The notes under the pieces were generated by a model. It saw only the letters and a list, made by a program, of their open reading frames with translations, had not been told where the DNA came from and ran no database searches. A stretch of DNA of 64,000 bases from Chrysomallon squamiferum. Lineage: Eukaryota > Animalia > Mollusca. The DNA is taken from positions 25,420,001 to 25,484,000 of the forward strand of contig CM022672.1 of assembly GCA_012295275.1 (NCBI GenBank). Direction: 5' to 3'. A program made the position numbers and the translations under genes. Each line of letters starts with the position of its first letter. Position 1 is the stretch's first letter. Shown here piece after piece: positions 1 through 14,151 of the stretch.

Positions 1-35
1 AGTAATAAATAAAATAAATAAATGTGGGAAATTAT

Positions 36-87
<52 letters not shown>

Positions 88-854
88 TTAAAATAAATAA
101 ATAAATAAATAAATAAATAAAATAATAATTACAGAAAAAGTTGGGAATAATCGGTTATTTATTTATTGTTATGAAATTAACATACACACAAAGGTACGCA
201 CGCATGCACACCTTTCCCACCCCTGCCACGGTCACGTGACTTGTTTATCTAAGGTTGTGGTAGAAAAATCCATTACAGAAAACAGAAAAAGTGTAATTTA
301 TCACGTGACGACAGTGGATTTCCTCTAAAAATGTTCTGAATTTGATGACATATCGTTATAAATAAAAAGTGCATCGTTTATAATAACATAACATTTCTTT
401 CTTATTTTTGAATTTACTTGTTTTATAACTATTACTGCTGCTACTATATCTACCAATATATTACATGTTTCCAAACAATTTTTACTGGAAATGTTGTTTT
501 TTTTATTATTTTTTTTTTTTTTTTCTCTCTCGGTTCACCGTCTATTTTTACTAGTAATACTGTTGCTGTTTCTGTTGCCACTACTTATTTATTTATTATG
601 ATTAGTATTATATTAATTATTCATTCATTTATTTATTCATTCATACATCCATTCATTTAAAGAAGGAAACTCATCAGTTTTCACTAAATATTGGCAAGTG
701 TGAAGTTATTATTTTTACATACAGTCTTGCATGCACCTTCCAATCTGTTGTTTCAATCAGTTTGTGGACATTACGACAAGGCTAACATTAATTAGTAGAA
801 ATTTTAACAACTCAAATTTTGTTCAGTATTTTATTAAACATTAGTAGTTTAATA

Positions 855-892
<38 letters not shown>

Positions 893-1066
893 AATAATGA
901 TAATAATAATAAAGAATATTATTAACAGAAGAACAAGATTATTATGACAACAATGGTGGTATATAATCTGAGGGAGAGAAGAAGAAAAAGAAGTGGTTTT
1001 GTACACGATAACAATTATCAAATAAATTATTTATTAAATAACGGCTATAACTGGGGGGGGGGTGTT

Positions 1067-4000
1067 TCAGCACGATCCAGTTTTTAAGGAAACGTCGTCT
1101 AATGAATACGCCGACAGCCAGTCGACCACTGCGACAAACATCAGCTGAAAGAGAAATAAGAATTTTTAAAAATGTAATTATGTCGAATATCAGTAATATC
1201 GTTAATGTGTGTGTGTGTGTGTGTGTGTGTGAGAAGAAGAGGAAAATTACCAGTAGTTTATTTAAAGAAGAGATATAAAATATAAATGAACTTTAAAAAA
1301 ACAAAAACAAAAACAAAAAAACATACGAAAAATGTTTAATAGTTGTACCGAAACTTAAACATAGTAACTGTTATGAAATATTGGTTTGATAAATAATAAC
1401 AACAACAACAATAATAATAACTGTAACAGTGACAACAGCAATAATAAATAATGCACAATAACAATAACAACAATAATAATAGTGGTAGTAGTAATATTAA
1501 CTACTACTACAACTATCACCACTACAAATACTATCACAACTTACTGAGCTGTGAAGCAAAGAACTGAGATTAAATATAGAACAGGTATTTCGATAATCAG
1601 CTGTAGATAATTTAAAAATCAGTAGCGTTATCATTCCTTCTGTGACGTCAGAGTGTTAGACAAGGTTGTTTTCTGTCGTACGCTAAACGTAATATGTGCA
1701 AAAACTCTAAGAACTGTGTTAAATAAACTGAATCAAACAGAAAATTCGATTACAAATGAGATAAACAAAATTTTCTTTAGGGTCGCGTCTTTTAGAAATC
1801 AATACAAATAGCTATCTTACTTTAAATGTTCTTCCAGTTTTCAGTGGAACTGTCGCCTGCACCCAGTGTTGGTCATTGAGTCCAGCAATAGTCAGATTCC
1901 AGACGTTATGGTATTCCTTGCTGCTGTACCTCTGATACACGAAAAGTTTTCCAGGCGCGAAGCCCCAGGCGTAGTACCAGAAGCTGAGACACGCGTTTGA
2001 AACATGCAAATCAAACTCAGGGCTTGTAATAACACCTGAACTGCCTTTTGTCTGCAGAATAAATAATTAAAAACAATGATTTTAGACACTGCTGTAAGTT
2101 TGTGCTAATTTGATTTGTGGATTTTGTCTTCAACTTTTACTACTTTTTTAAATATTCACTAGATATTTATCCAGGCCTTTATTCTCTAATATTCTTAGAA
2201 AACGTGCGATTTAAGTGCACCTGATCTGCTTCTAAAATGATTTTGAAATTAAACGAAAAATAAAATGATCTACTTCGCAGAATGTAACATTTTAATATAA
2301 AGATTATGTTTATTGTGGAATCGTTTCTATTTTTCTATTTCTGATTCACTTACTATTCTTTCGTATATTCATACTTATTCATTAATCATGTCATTCATGA
2401 AGTATACCACGGAATATTGTATGTGTGTATAAAAAAATAGTAATACACAGTGACGTTATCGAATTTCTTCGCAAATTTTAACAGTTTGATTTAAACTTTA
2501 TAATTACTAATATTAATCGGCGTTAAAACATTTTTTAATTTACGTTTATCATTCAAAACCGGTGGAACTTAGAAATACTGAGAACAATTTTCAATTTAAC
2601 AGAAATCACCTCAACTTACGTATTGTAAGTCGTCTCTGGTTAAAAACCAGCCTTCTGAAGTCTCGCCTAAAGTGTGATCGTGGAATGGTCCGAACACTTC
2701 GTACGTTTGACTCCTGATCCACGACATGGAGCTTACACTGTGACCGTCCACAAACCCGCACAGGTCACTTTCAAAGTCACAGTGAAACACCTCACGCCCA
2801 GAACCTAGAGATATAGCGAATACAATCGTTACATTTTTGTTTTTATTTATTTATTTACTCTGTACTCACGTATGTGCTACTTTGGTGGATGTGCCATGTA
2901 CTTTACTGTACGTTAATGAGTCTATGAGTGAGTGAGTGTGTGTGTGTGTGTGTGGGTTGGTGTGTAAACACATACACACACACACGTTAACACGCACATT
3001 GTTTGATTTTACCAGTACTTTCATAAAGATTAATTTGTTTTGTTTTGTTTTTTTGTTTAATAGATTGTAAAGTTGAATTTTATGTTACATTTTCATTATT
3101 AAGATTTAAAAAATAAAATAAAATAAAAATAAATAATATCGCTTGCGTAAAACTGATCTCTGCTATCAATATTTGTCGAGTATGAAAGAGTTTATAACCT
3201 GAGTTATCGTTCGTGTTCACACCAACATTCACACCCAGGTTGACAGTTTTATCGGGCGTGGCGCAAACTCCAGGTGAGAGATCGAATTCATCAATCATAA
3301 CACTTGTACCGGAATTAACTGTAGCGTAAAATCTTATCTGAAAACAACGAGAGTAACAAAAACACTACTACGACAACTGATACGTTTTCTGCATATTCTA
3401 CAACTTCATCTTCTATACTAGTCCTTAAACTAGTACCTCACTACAACAACTACAACTACAGTATTTCAGTTACTAGACCTGCTACAACTACTACTACAAT
3501 ATTATACAGCTAGTACTACTATAGTATTACAACTGATACTATTGCACTACTTCGCTACTACTGTAACAATACTTCAATTCCTACTACTACTACTACAACA
3601 CTACTATTACTTTTGCTACTACAATACTACTGTACATGATAACCCAGTCATTCATTGATTCAGTTTGAAAAATAAAATGCAGAAATATTTTCAATTACCT
3701 TGAAAACTGCAGAACTCTTGAACGTGACCTGAAGTTCATTCCAGTGCTCTGAATGTTTTGACGTCTCCCATATCAGCAGCTCTTTCCAGCTGGACTGACG
3801 GTCAGTCGAAGACGAGGCTCTCTTAGATTCGTTTCTTTCTCCAGCAGAGTCATTCGTACCATTCAGTGCCTGTCCGTGTGTACCAGACCCTTCTCGCATT
3901 ATGTTTTCTAACACCCGTTTAATTAATTCTTCCAGATGCTCCGTACTAATCTGATCTTCGGTAAAGTTTGCTGGAACATCGTTTTCCGATGTGAAATTAC

Positions 4001-5312
4001 CGTCAGACATGTTAGATACCTTTGCGTGTGTGTCGTGAACAGACTTCTGAACAATTTCTGGGATTTGTTTCTTCTGGGTGTATGTTTTGTGTAGGTGTAG
4101 TACCTTTAATTTTAGATGCGATAGTTCATTAGTTCCGTATATTAAATAATCGAATCTGAAGCACCATGACCCCGCTGAAAAAATAATAATATTAACGTTA
4201 CATTCTTGGTTTATACATGATAAAAAGTTGTTATTAAAATTGTATATTGTGTAGTTAATGAACTGGTTGCCATTGGTCACCTTTTCAGTCTGCAGTGAAC
4301 AGAATGAATTTTTTTAAATGGTGAAAAATATCTATTTTTTGTATTTTTTTATATGGTGCTATCTTTCCGTTAGAAAATCCATACCAGTTTTTTTATGTCC
4401 ACGTATCAGCATTACCATCTTTTATTCCAGTTAGCGTTTCCGTTCTAAATTAGTGTAACTTCTGATGAACAATATCTTCTTTTTATAATATGTTCTTATT
4501 ATCTGTATTACATTCAGCACTAGTTCTCTTCATTCTTAAGTTTGTCTAGTATCGTTCTATGCATTCTAATTTAGTGTGAAAAAAACAAAAAACTTTTCTT
4601 ATCGGCAATAACACATTTTCTAATGATCTTATAACAAACATTTGTAAATGGAGACTTTCCTATTTAATCATTTAAAGACAATAATAATCGGGAACAGGTT
4701 ATTATAATATCTGAGGTAACAACAGGCATATATATATCAGTGAGACTGTTGAACCATATCTATTGTTTTAGCAGTTGAGAATTCGATCAAATGGGAGTAA
4801 GCCACTGAAATGAGTTACCTTCTATTTGGGCGCTGGTACATGTTCCTATTCTGTTCCTCATTGAATACATGTAGAGATACGCTCTTCGTTTTTCATCAAC
4901 GTATCGGTGGTTTTCTTTCAGCCATGCAATCGGCATCTGGGAATAACATTCATAACATTCTCTAGACAGTCTGAACTGCATCATCTAGATAAGTCTACAA
5001 GGAAAGGATCCAGGATGGAAGTCAAGAAGGGTTAAGTCGATCTCGATATAAACAGTTGTAAATCCTGGATCCGTTCCTTTAATATATGTTTATAAATGTA
5101 TGATTAAGTTGGACAGTGAAATGAAATTTAATTTCATCAGTTCAGTTATTTTCATCATTTTTCATCATTTATCATCATTATCATCGTGATGAATAGTTAT
5201 CATAATCCTCGTCATCATCACAGTCGTCATCATCATCCATCATAACATATTTTAGTTTTTACTGAATTTAAAATTATGTTGAATAAAAGTATTATAGGCT
5301 TTTATATTCTAT

Positions 5313-5347
<35 letters not shown>

Positions 5348-5801
5348 TGTAACGTTCATACTTAGCTCTTCGATGATCTCATTACAAGTTACAAACATTT
5401 TTGAAATTTGTTTCCATGTGTCTTATTCTCTCAGATTTTATAGATTTCGCTGCAAAAATAAAACAATATAATATAACGAAATATGTAAAAACTTATACTT
5501 ACAACCATTCTTTTGAAGTCGTTCTCTTTGCTAGATGACTTGAAAAAAGGACATGTGATTTTTTCAGCATCTGAGAATGAACACTTAACTTGTCTGTCTA
5601 AAGTAACAAATAACAATGGTAATTATGATAATGATGATAATGATAATTATAATGATGATGATGATGATGATAATAAGATGATGATAAAATGATCATGATA
5701 ATACAAATATGGTGATAGCACTATGATAATAGTGATGATGATAATACTTAATAATGATACTACTAATAATAACAACAACAACAAAAGTAACAAAAACATT
5801 A

Positions 5802-5868
<67 letters not shown>

Positions 5869-7184
5869 AATGCATGGCACATATGTAAAATTTATTTTTA
5901 AAAATCATTTCTTTCTTCTTCACGTACATTTTATTTATTTATTTCACGTTGAAAAAAAAGAATCATTTAAATTATTCAATTATTATTGTACCAGTACTTA
6001 TACAAACAGTACTAATTTTCGTAAATGAAATGACAGCTTTGAACTAAACAGTCATGTAATATCTACTAAATTATTAATTCCCTGTTGCCCGAATCATTAT
6101 TCTCTTGAGTGAACACATTTTCCCACTCCAGCCCGTCTATCACAATCAGTTTCCAGTTTATGGAAAGGTGCTTATAAAGGACCCCATCGTGCTAATTGAA
6201 CTATAAGGAGACAACGGATTTGCTATCATTAAACGTGTGCTATGTAATAATACGAATGCCGTCAGAGAACTAAAGGTATGAGTGTGACTGGAATCGATTG
6301 TCGGTGTAATTCCATTTTTTCTTTCCTCATTAAATAATCAAAATATTGTCGTTAAATAATATGTAATATTTCTGTCGACTTTAAATAATCAGATATATAT
6401 CCTTGGTCATTAAATAATCTAAATCGTTTTCTGTCATCGTTAAATAATAGTAAAATTATTGACGTTATTTTGAAATTGTTATGTGTTATGTAATTTTAAA
6501 AACTGCTTTCGTAACCAAATAATCTAAAACATTTCTTTCGTGTTAAATAATAAAAATATTTAATTTTGAAATATTAACTTCATCATTAAATAGTCAAAAA
6601 TGTTTTTTTTGTCAGCTAAATCAAAATAAATTTTCCATGGAATAATTTGAAATATTTCTTTCGTCGATTAAATTAAATTTTGACCATTTCTATAGCCTAA
6701 AAATGATTGTTAACATATCGTTCATCCTTAAATAATTTCTTAAATATATTTCGATGTTAAATATAAAAATATTTCGTCATTTAATAATTGAAAACATTTC
6801 TTTCATCGTTAAATAATATCAAATAAGTTTTAGGTTGATAAATAATTTTTAAAAAATATTTCGTGATGGAAAGTACAGCAAAGGGGAGTAACTCACTGAT
6901 GCGTCCCGCAACACGAATGTGGATAACGAATTCTTTCCCGTCTTTTCTTTTGGGGTCTCCGATTTCACCGTTAAATTTGATCATCAAAATATTTCTAGTT
7001 GTTCTGATTAGTTGATGTTTCTCGATGGCCCGTCCACAAAATCTTAATTAACATTTAAAAAAATAAAAAAATAAAATATAAATAAATAAAAAAAAAATTA
7101 AAATTAAAATTAAAATTAAAATTAAAAATAAAATAATAATAATAATAATAATAAAAACAAAACGAAACAGATTTAATAATAAAT

Positions 7185-7224
<40 letters not shown>

Positions 7225-7434
7225 TATATATATATGATAAAATCGACTTTGAATATTACAAATATAAATTATAAAACTAAACCAAAGAAATATATTTTTT
7301 TAAATATTAAAACTGAAAAAAAAATAATAATAAATAAATAAATGAACTCAATTTTAAAAATAAAATAAATTAGAAAAAAATAATAAAATTAAATAAATAT
7401 ATATAAAGAAAAAAAATTAAATTAAATCAAATTG

Positions 7435-7472
<38 letters not shown>

Positions 7473-7813
7473 AAATTAAAATAAAAAAAAAAAAAAAAAA
7501 AAAAATAAAGTAAAATAAAAAAAAGCAAAGCAAAGCAAAGCAAAATAAAATTAGAAGTAATAGTACAATATATTAAATAACAAACAAGTGTAGTGCTACC
7601 TGGGCCCCTCCTGACCGATCAGGTTGTATCTGATTTCCACCCAGTGCTGACAAGTGTGTGTGTACTCATCTCGACTCAGGTCCAGCTGCATGTCTACTTC
7701 CATTGTCGTGTTTTCTGGACTCTTTGTGAATTAAATGTAAAAAATAAATAAATAAATAAATAAAAATACAGATAAAAAATACAAATAAGACGAAAATACA
7801 TGATTGAAAATAA

Positions 7814-7855
<42 letters not shown>

Positions 7856-7918
7856 GAAGAAGTAAATATATAAATAAAAATAAAGTAACAACAGAACAAA
7901 CAACAACAATAATAATAA

Positions 7919-7949
<31 letters not shown>

Positions 7950-8267
7950 AATAATATAAAATAATATAAAATAAATTAGTTTAAAAAAAATATAATAATC
8001 GTAAATTAAAATTAAAATTAAAATAATTATATTTGCAGTACGTATTTGTTATTTTATATTTATTTCAGTAATAAATACGACCGTAACAGCAACATCATTA
8101 GCGACAGCAAAAACAATAACAATAATTATTAAAATTATTGTTTTTATCAGCATCACCATCATCATTATTATTACAATTATTATTACTATTACTCTTACTA
8201 TTATTACTATTACTATTACTATTATAATTATTATTATTATAATTGTTATTAATATTAATATCATTAA

Positions 8268-8303
<36 letters not shown>

Positions 8304-9436
8304 GATATATCACCTTGAATAGCCACACGGCTCGAATACTAGGATATGGTGACTTAATTTTTATACCAGTTCCAAAGGTTAGAAAGTACATGTGTCCGTG
8401 TCCTGAATATTAAGAAGTAAAATACATAGATACATACATAAATAAATAGAATAAAATAAAGATTAAAAAATAAGGATAAATACATATATTGCATCGTTAT
8501 ATTATTTATTTGTTTATAATTATCATCATCGTTATATTATTTATTCACTTACTCACTATTTCTTTCGTTCACATCATTATCATCATTAATTTACTATACG
8601 TTATACAATACCTTCTGATTCTCTTTCTGAGAGTGTCTCACACGTTTTACCACTCAAACCATTAGGACAGTGACATGTACAGTCCTTCAGCAAGAAGCCG
8701 CCATTTTGGCACTTTGGCTGTCCATTACATTTATCTGTAACAAATTTTAAAAACGTCATTGAAAAAAAACGAGGAGCTTGTATCCAAGATCATAGGAAAA
8801 AACCTGAAAACAACAGCAACAGCAAAAACAATAACGACAATAATAACAACTACAAAATGCGAAAAAAATTGGAAAAGAACCGATGTATTTATATACACGA
8901 CCGAACCCGGGAAATGTTAGTGGATATTGGACTCGAGTTCTGATCACAACAGCTTTCCTTAAAATGAAAAAGTGACCCACCCAGGCCGTCTTGACGGTGG
9001 TAGCTATTGACATAAAGCTCGTTTGAAACGTGTTGGTAGGTGAATACCTGCACATCCGTATGCTGCATTTGCTTCTTGGATGTCGTAAAAACTCAGACCA
9101 AAGCGTCTACCCATCAGAAACTGAAGCAGTGGATCCTTCGATTCGATTGTGTTGTATCCGTTTTCCGAGAAAAACTGTAATAAAAAAAAATAATAATAAT
9201 AAATAAATTACAAACGAATTCACAAGACGAAAATGAATACAGTTCTATTATTTATTTTTTAAACCTTACACCGTGTCAGCTGAAACACGATTATGGTTTT
9301 TAAGCTTTTATGATTTAGCAGTCAAGATAAGGATCATTTCACTGTTTACCGAGACATAACATTACTGACAGAACTATTACAGTATATTCCAAGGTGAGAA
9401 AAAAAAAGAGAAACAATAAGAGAGATAGTGAACGAT

Positions 9437-9520
<84 letters not shown>

Positions 9521-10057
9521 AAAAGGAAGAGTGGGTTAAAGGGAGAAAGAAGGAAAGTCGAAGGGAGAGGGGATTGGGCGCGACAGAGATAGTGAGTGAG
9601 GGGGACAAAGGGAGAGACAGATGATAAATAATACCTTAGGGCCGTAGTGCATATCTGAGGCTAGATCGTACGGCGCTCTGTTTGTTGTAACTTTCGCTTT
9701 GGCGAAGTTGTTGAGATACCTGCTTTTCACGTTGTCGTGGCTGATGCGCACGTAATGGTCTCGGTCAGAACGTGCCTGTTCGTGGTAAAATCCGATGACG
9801 TGACCAAGTTCGTGAACGATAGTCCCCAGCTAAATTTGTTGAGTGAAAACCAAACAAACAGTTTAATGTTACACTGCGCAAAAAACACAAGTGTTACAGT
9901 CTGGAATAGTTTCTTTTCACTGTTGCTGTTGCTTCTGATTATATTATAATTATTAGTATTTCTAGCATCATCAGTATTGTCATCATTATTAATGCTTTTA
10001 CATGAACACAACCCTTAAACACCAAAAATTGCGCGAAAGAAATACTTTAACTTACAT

Positions 10058-10112
<55 letters not shown>

Positions 10113-10550
10113 TGAGATACGAGAAAATATACTATATGTGCAATATGTACTGCGGCTCTACATAAAAGATAAAAATACGTTTCTGTATTGCAACTCTTTT
10201 ATTTATTTAAGAATTTAAAAATTTACCATTAGGAATAATGAAATAATAGTTAAAACTCATTTATAGATTTATATTACTGATAATCATGAGACATCTGACA
10301 TTTAACAAATTAATTTATTTTATATATTTTTTTTTTATTAATCAGCTGTACATATTACCCTGTATTATCCGCGGTGAAATAAAAAGAAAAATTAATTTTG
10401 TTAATACAAGTATTTTTGGTGGAAATAACGTTACAGACATATTTACCTTGATGCAGGATTTTTCATTAAGAAACATTTTTCGCAGTCCCTTAGCGAAGCC
10501 AACTGTTGAAGCGCACCTGAGAATACAGAAATATATTTGATCAGTTTCAA

Positions 10551-10581
<31 letters not shown>

Positions 10582-12147
10582 AGAGAAACAACAATAATGA
10601 AATAATAATAATAATAACACCAACACCAACAGCAATAATAATAATTCAAAAAACACCAAGTGCAAAAAGAATAACGTCTAATATAATTCTAATCAAATTA
10701 CGATTCCAGCCTCACCCTGCACCGGTACCAATCTCCAGGTATCCCGCCCTAGCGGCGTGTTCGCTGTAAAACTCGTCAGAGTACTTTTTAACGAACTTGA
10801 TACACGTGTACTTTGCCCAGTGAAGCATTGCCCGCCGAATTGCGAAGTACGTTCTCTGTTCACCTGGAAATTGTAAGTGATAGAGATCATTAAAAAAAAT
10901 ATAATTTATTGTAATGTAATATAATGCATTGTAATGTAATGTATTGTAATGCAATGTAACGTAACGTAACGTAACGTAATATAATATAATATAATGTAAT
11001 GTAATACAGTACGATACGATACATAATATAATATTTATGTAATATAATTTAATCTTATATATATTTATTTAAAATAAAATAATACAATATGAAAACAAAC
11101 AAACACACATGCAATTTCAAATGTACAGTGTCACTCACTGAAAGGTCTATCATTTGAGAAAACATAGGGCACGACTCCGTTAGGCCAGAGGATGTTTTTA
11201 TGTGGGACAAATTTCCTCTTCTCATTATCACCACCTGAACCCTTAATAAACACACAGATTAAAAATAACAGGAGAAAGTAAAAAAAATTATATATATATA
11301 TATATATGTTTTTAACTGTTATTATTAATTTGTTATTATTAATTTCATAATATAAATATAGAAATGATTAAAGTTCAGAATATGTATGTGACAAAACATC
11401 TGCGGTTACTATGTAAACAATGGGTGTAATTGTGTTAACAGTACTACTACTCCTACTACTACTACTACTACTTTTACTACTATTACTACTAACAATAATC
11501 CTAATATCAATAGTAAGAACAATAATATCAATGACAACAATAACAGAAGAACAACAACAACAATAAACTACTATTACTTCTACATCTATTACTGGTGCAA
11601 CTACTTCTACTACTACTACTACTACTTCTACTGCTACTACAATTACTTCTACTAATAATAATAATTATTATTGTTATTATTATAACAGATTTACATTTCT
11701 GCTCTCTGTTTTTTCAAAGTCTTGTTTTTGTTCCGCTGTCAGAATTTCGTCGTCCGTGAAAGACGTTGAGTTTCTGTTTTCTTCTGGTTCACCTTTAGCA
11801 GGACGGGCGTACTTGGACTGAAATAATAAAATATAATGATGACGGAATATTCTTGACCTTTCGTTCAGGTTCTTAGTAACGTCACAGAGACCCGAGGCGA
11901 ACGGAAAGGAAATGCCTAAACATATGCAATACAAAATCATCACCTATCATAGTCATGTAATTATAATGTAGTTAAAATTAATGGCTTTTTTTTTTTTTTT
12001 TTTTTTAAATTATTATTATTAATGTGTAATTTGATTATTTCTTAAGATACACAACGGTGACTTTTATTCATTTGTAGAACATTGTTTTCCTGCCATTTCT
12101 TCGTGGAATTTTATTTATTATTATTCAAAATTAATTACTACTACTAT

Positions 12148-12185
<38 letters not shown>

Positions 12186-12432
12186 TTATACTGTTATTAC
12201 TATTATTGTGATCATTAACATCATCATCATTATTGTTATTAATTTTATTTGTAGAAACTAGATGTAGAACAGTACAAATTGTTTCAGTAAAGTTTGAATT
12301 TTCCAATATATTGTGTAACAAACACACACACATAGACACACATATATACATGACAATATATGTCTATTTTGTAAACAGAGGTTAAACAAATTAATTAATT
12401 AATGCCTATTTGCCTTTCCTTGTAAAACGTTT

Positions 12433-12483
<51 letters not shown>

Positions 12484-13083
12484 ACACAGTGTATTTATTT
12501 ACATTATATAGTTATAATAGAAAGCATTGTCAGTGACAGACAAAAACAGAACCTGTTTTAATTTCATTTTCTATTTTTCTAAATTAATTAATGCGTTGTT
12601 GCCTTACCTTGTAAATTTTTCCTTCTTCTACATCGTACAAACTATTCATCAAATAATCTGTTTTGTAGTCTGTGTCTTCGGCAGATATCTGTAACAATAA
12701 ACATTCGTAATTATTTTTGTTTCAACAAAACAAGAATGCACACAGACGTTCTCTCTCGCGCGCTCACATACACATGCACACATGTACATATACATTTAAA
12801 AGCACAAATAATTAAAAAAACAAGCACACAGAAACAAAACCGTAAGAGCAGCAATTACAATGAAATAATCGAAAACAACAGCTGGTATATCGCAAATAAC
12901 AGAGCAATATAAATGAAATAAAACCAGCTTGAAATGAATAAAAAAAAAAAAAAAAAAAAAAGAAAAAAAAAAGAAGAAAACAGAACAACAACAAAGATAA
13001 AAATGTAATGTGAGGTATATTATAATATAATATATACAAACCAAAGAACACAAAAATAAAAGTATCAAGACAAACGGAGCCAT
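1067..13083 (-). CDS. Secreted astacin-family (M12A) zinc metalloprotease, signal-pro-astacin-EGF-CUB-MAM-MAM, 19 coding exons, about 912 aa
   Basis: Exons with GT-AG boundaries and consistent phases: 13083-13042, 12688-12608, 11817-11695, 11241-11139, 10863-10716, 10516-10447, 9829-9635, 9174-9048, 8734-8612, 8402-8314, 7721-7600, 7042-6897, 5597-5503, 4984-4819, 4174-3699, 3337-3199, 2804-2620, 2051-1821, 1144-1067 (sum 2739 nt, ends GSC-TGA). Motifs: signal MAPFVLILLFLCSLISA; KR then WPNGVVPY; HELGHVIGFYHEQARSDRD; Met-turn SDMHY; EGF CQNGGF..CTCHCPNGLSGKTC; CUB-like CQHWVEIRY..GPRFCG; MAM CDFESDLCG..GPFHDHT..CLSFWYY..LDDVSLKTGSC. Confidence 0.9.
4999..5079. repeat. Short inverted repeat (18-bp arms, 45-bp spacer), possible MITE remnant
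   Basis: aaggaaaggatccaggat (4999-5016) matches the reverse complement of atcctggatccgttcctt (5062-5079) at 17/18. Confidence 0.6.
6320..6870. repeat. Degenerate ~28-30 bp intronic minisatellite
   Basis: Recurring (c/t)gtc(g/a)ttaaataat..aaatattt units through the astacin intron. Confidence 0.6.
9635..9829 (-). CDS. Catalytic exon of the astacin gene (zinc-binding motif and Met-turn)
   Basis: Reads LGTIVHELGHVIGFYHEQARSDRDHYVRI...YDLASDMHYGPK: intact HExxHxxGxxHE signature and SxMHY; flanked by tttag and gtatt. Confidence 0.95.
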
Positions 13084-13693
13084 GCCTGTCGCTATTTTTG
13101 CTGTTTTTACATAAAAACTTCTGTTTGAACTGACAGATTTTCTGAACAGAAACCTTTTTCAACGAAAAACGAAAACTGCTTAACAATACTTCAGTGACTG
13201 CAGATGATTAACCAATCACTTGGCTCTCTGTGAGTATCATGCTCAATCAGATCATTAAAAAAATACCTCCCTCTACTCACCAAAACTGCAGCCTTCTGAT
13301 TAGCCTTTGTACGAGGGATAAAAAAAAAAAAACAATTAAAAAAAAAAAACATCATACTTTAGCGTCCCCTTCCCTAATTTTGCCGGTCGACACTTTTTCT
13401 TTATCATGAAACTATCCAAGACCTCCCCCACTCCGTGCATTCTGTGAAGGTGACCAGTCCAAGCGGCTCTTCACCCAGATAAGCCTTTCACTGATGTCTA
13501 GTAAACGTGCTTTATTAGTATCGTTCATAAATATTCAGTAAATGATTGTTAATCGGTAACATTTCGGCTTAATTAATTTAGATTAATTAAATTAATTTGT
13601 ACTTCTTAAGCAATGACTCTATTTTTCTGTGTCTCTGTATCTCTTTCTCCGTCTTATTATTATTATTATTATTATTAATAATACTACTACTAC

Positions 13694-13748
<55 letters not shown>

Positions 13749-14054
13749 TACTAGAACTATTACTTATAAGATATTTTATTTATTTCCCATTTATATCTAA
13801 ACAAGAAGAATAAAATGGAGTAAACATTAAATATTAATATTTTTTTTTTTATTATAATAATATTTTTTTTGAATGTCCCGAAATAGTTAAATATTATTAT
13901 TACTTTCTTTAACCTGTTCAAAACTGCTATAAAAGTATCGTCTGCTCGACAGTTTCGACAATGGGGTAAGGGAAGCCACCCTTCTTTACTACTGATAAAA
14001 AAAATAATATATATATACAGATGATAGATGTCGCTGCTATATGTGTGGGGGAAC

Positions 14055-14151
14055 AAACCAGGAAGTTTTACGCAAGTATAAACTTTAACCCAACGGCGAA
14101 AGGGAAGAAGACGAAGTTGTCAAAAAGTTTGATCGAAGACGCAAGGTAAGT
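14055..14151 (+). promoter_or_regulatory. Probable promoter and non-coding first exon of the SH2 adaptor gene
   Basis: ETS core CAGGAAGT (14059-14066), adjacent C/EBP-type TTACGCAA (14068-14075), TATAAA at 14078, then a consensus donor CAAG|GTAAGT at 14145/14146; locally CpG-richer. Confidence 0.5.

Noticed and set aside
231-309. Two TCACGTGAC E-box/CLEAR-like motifs
   Set aside because: Downstream of the astacin stop with no linked promoter visible in the window.
6110-6310. Possible extra astacin exon or SINE remnant (similar impression at ~18030-18110)
   Set aside because: Flanking exons already join in phase; the SINE resemblance is from memory only and too degenerate to support.
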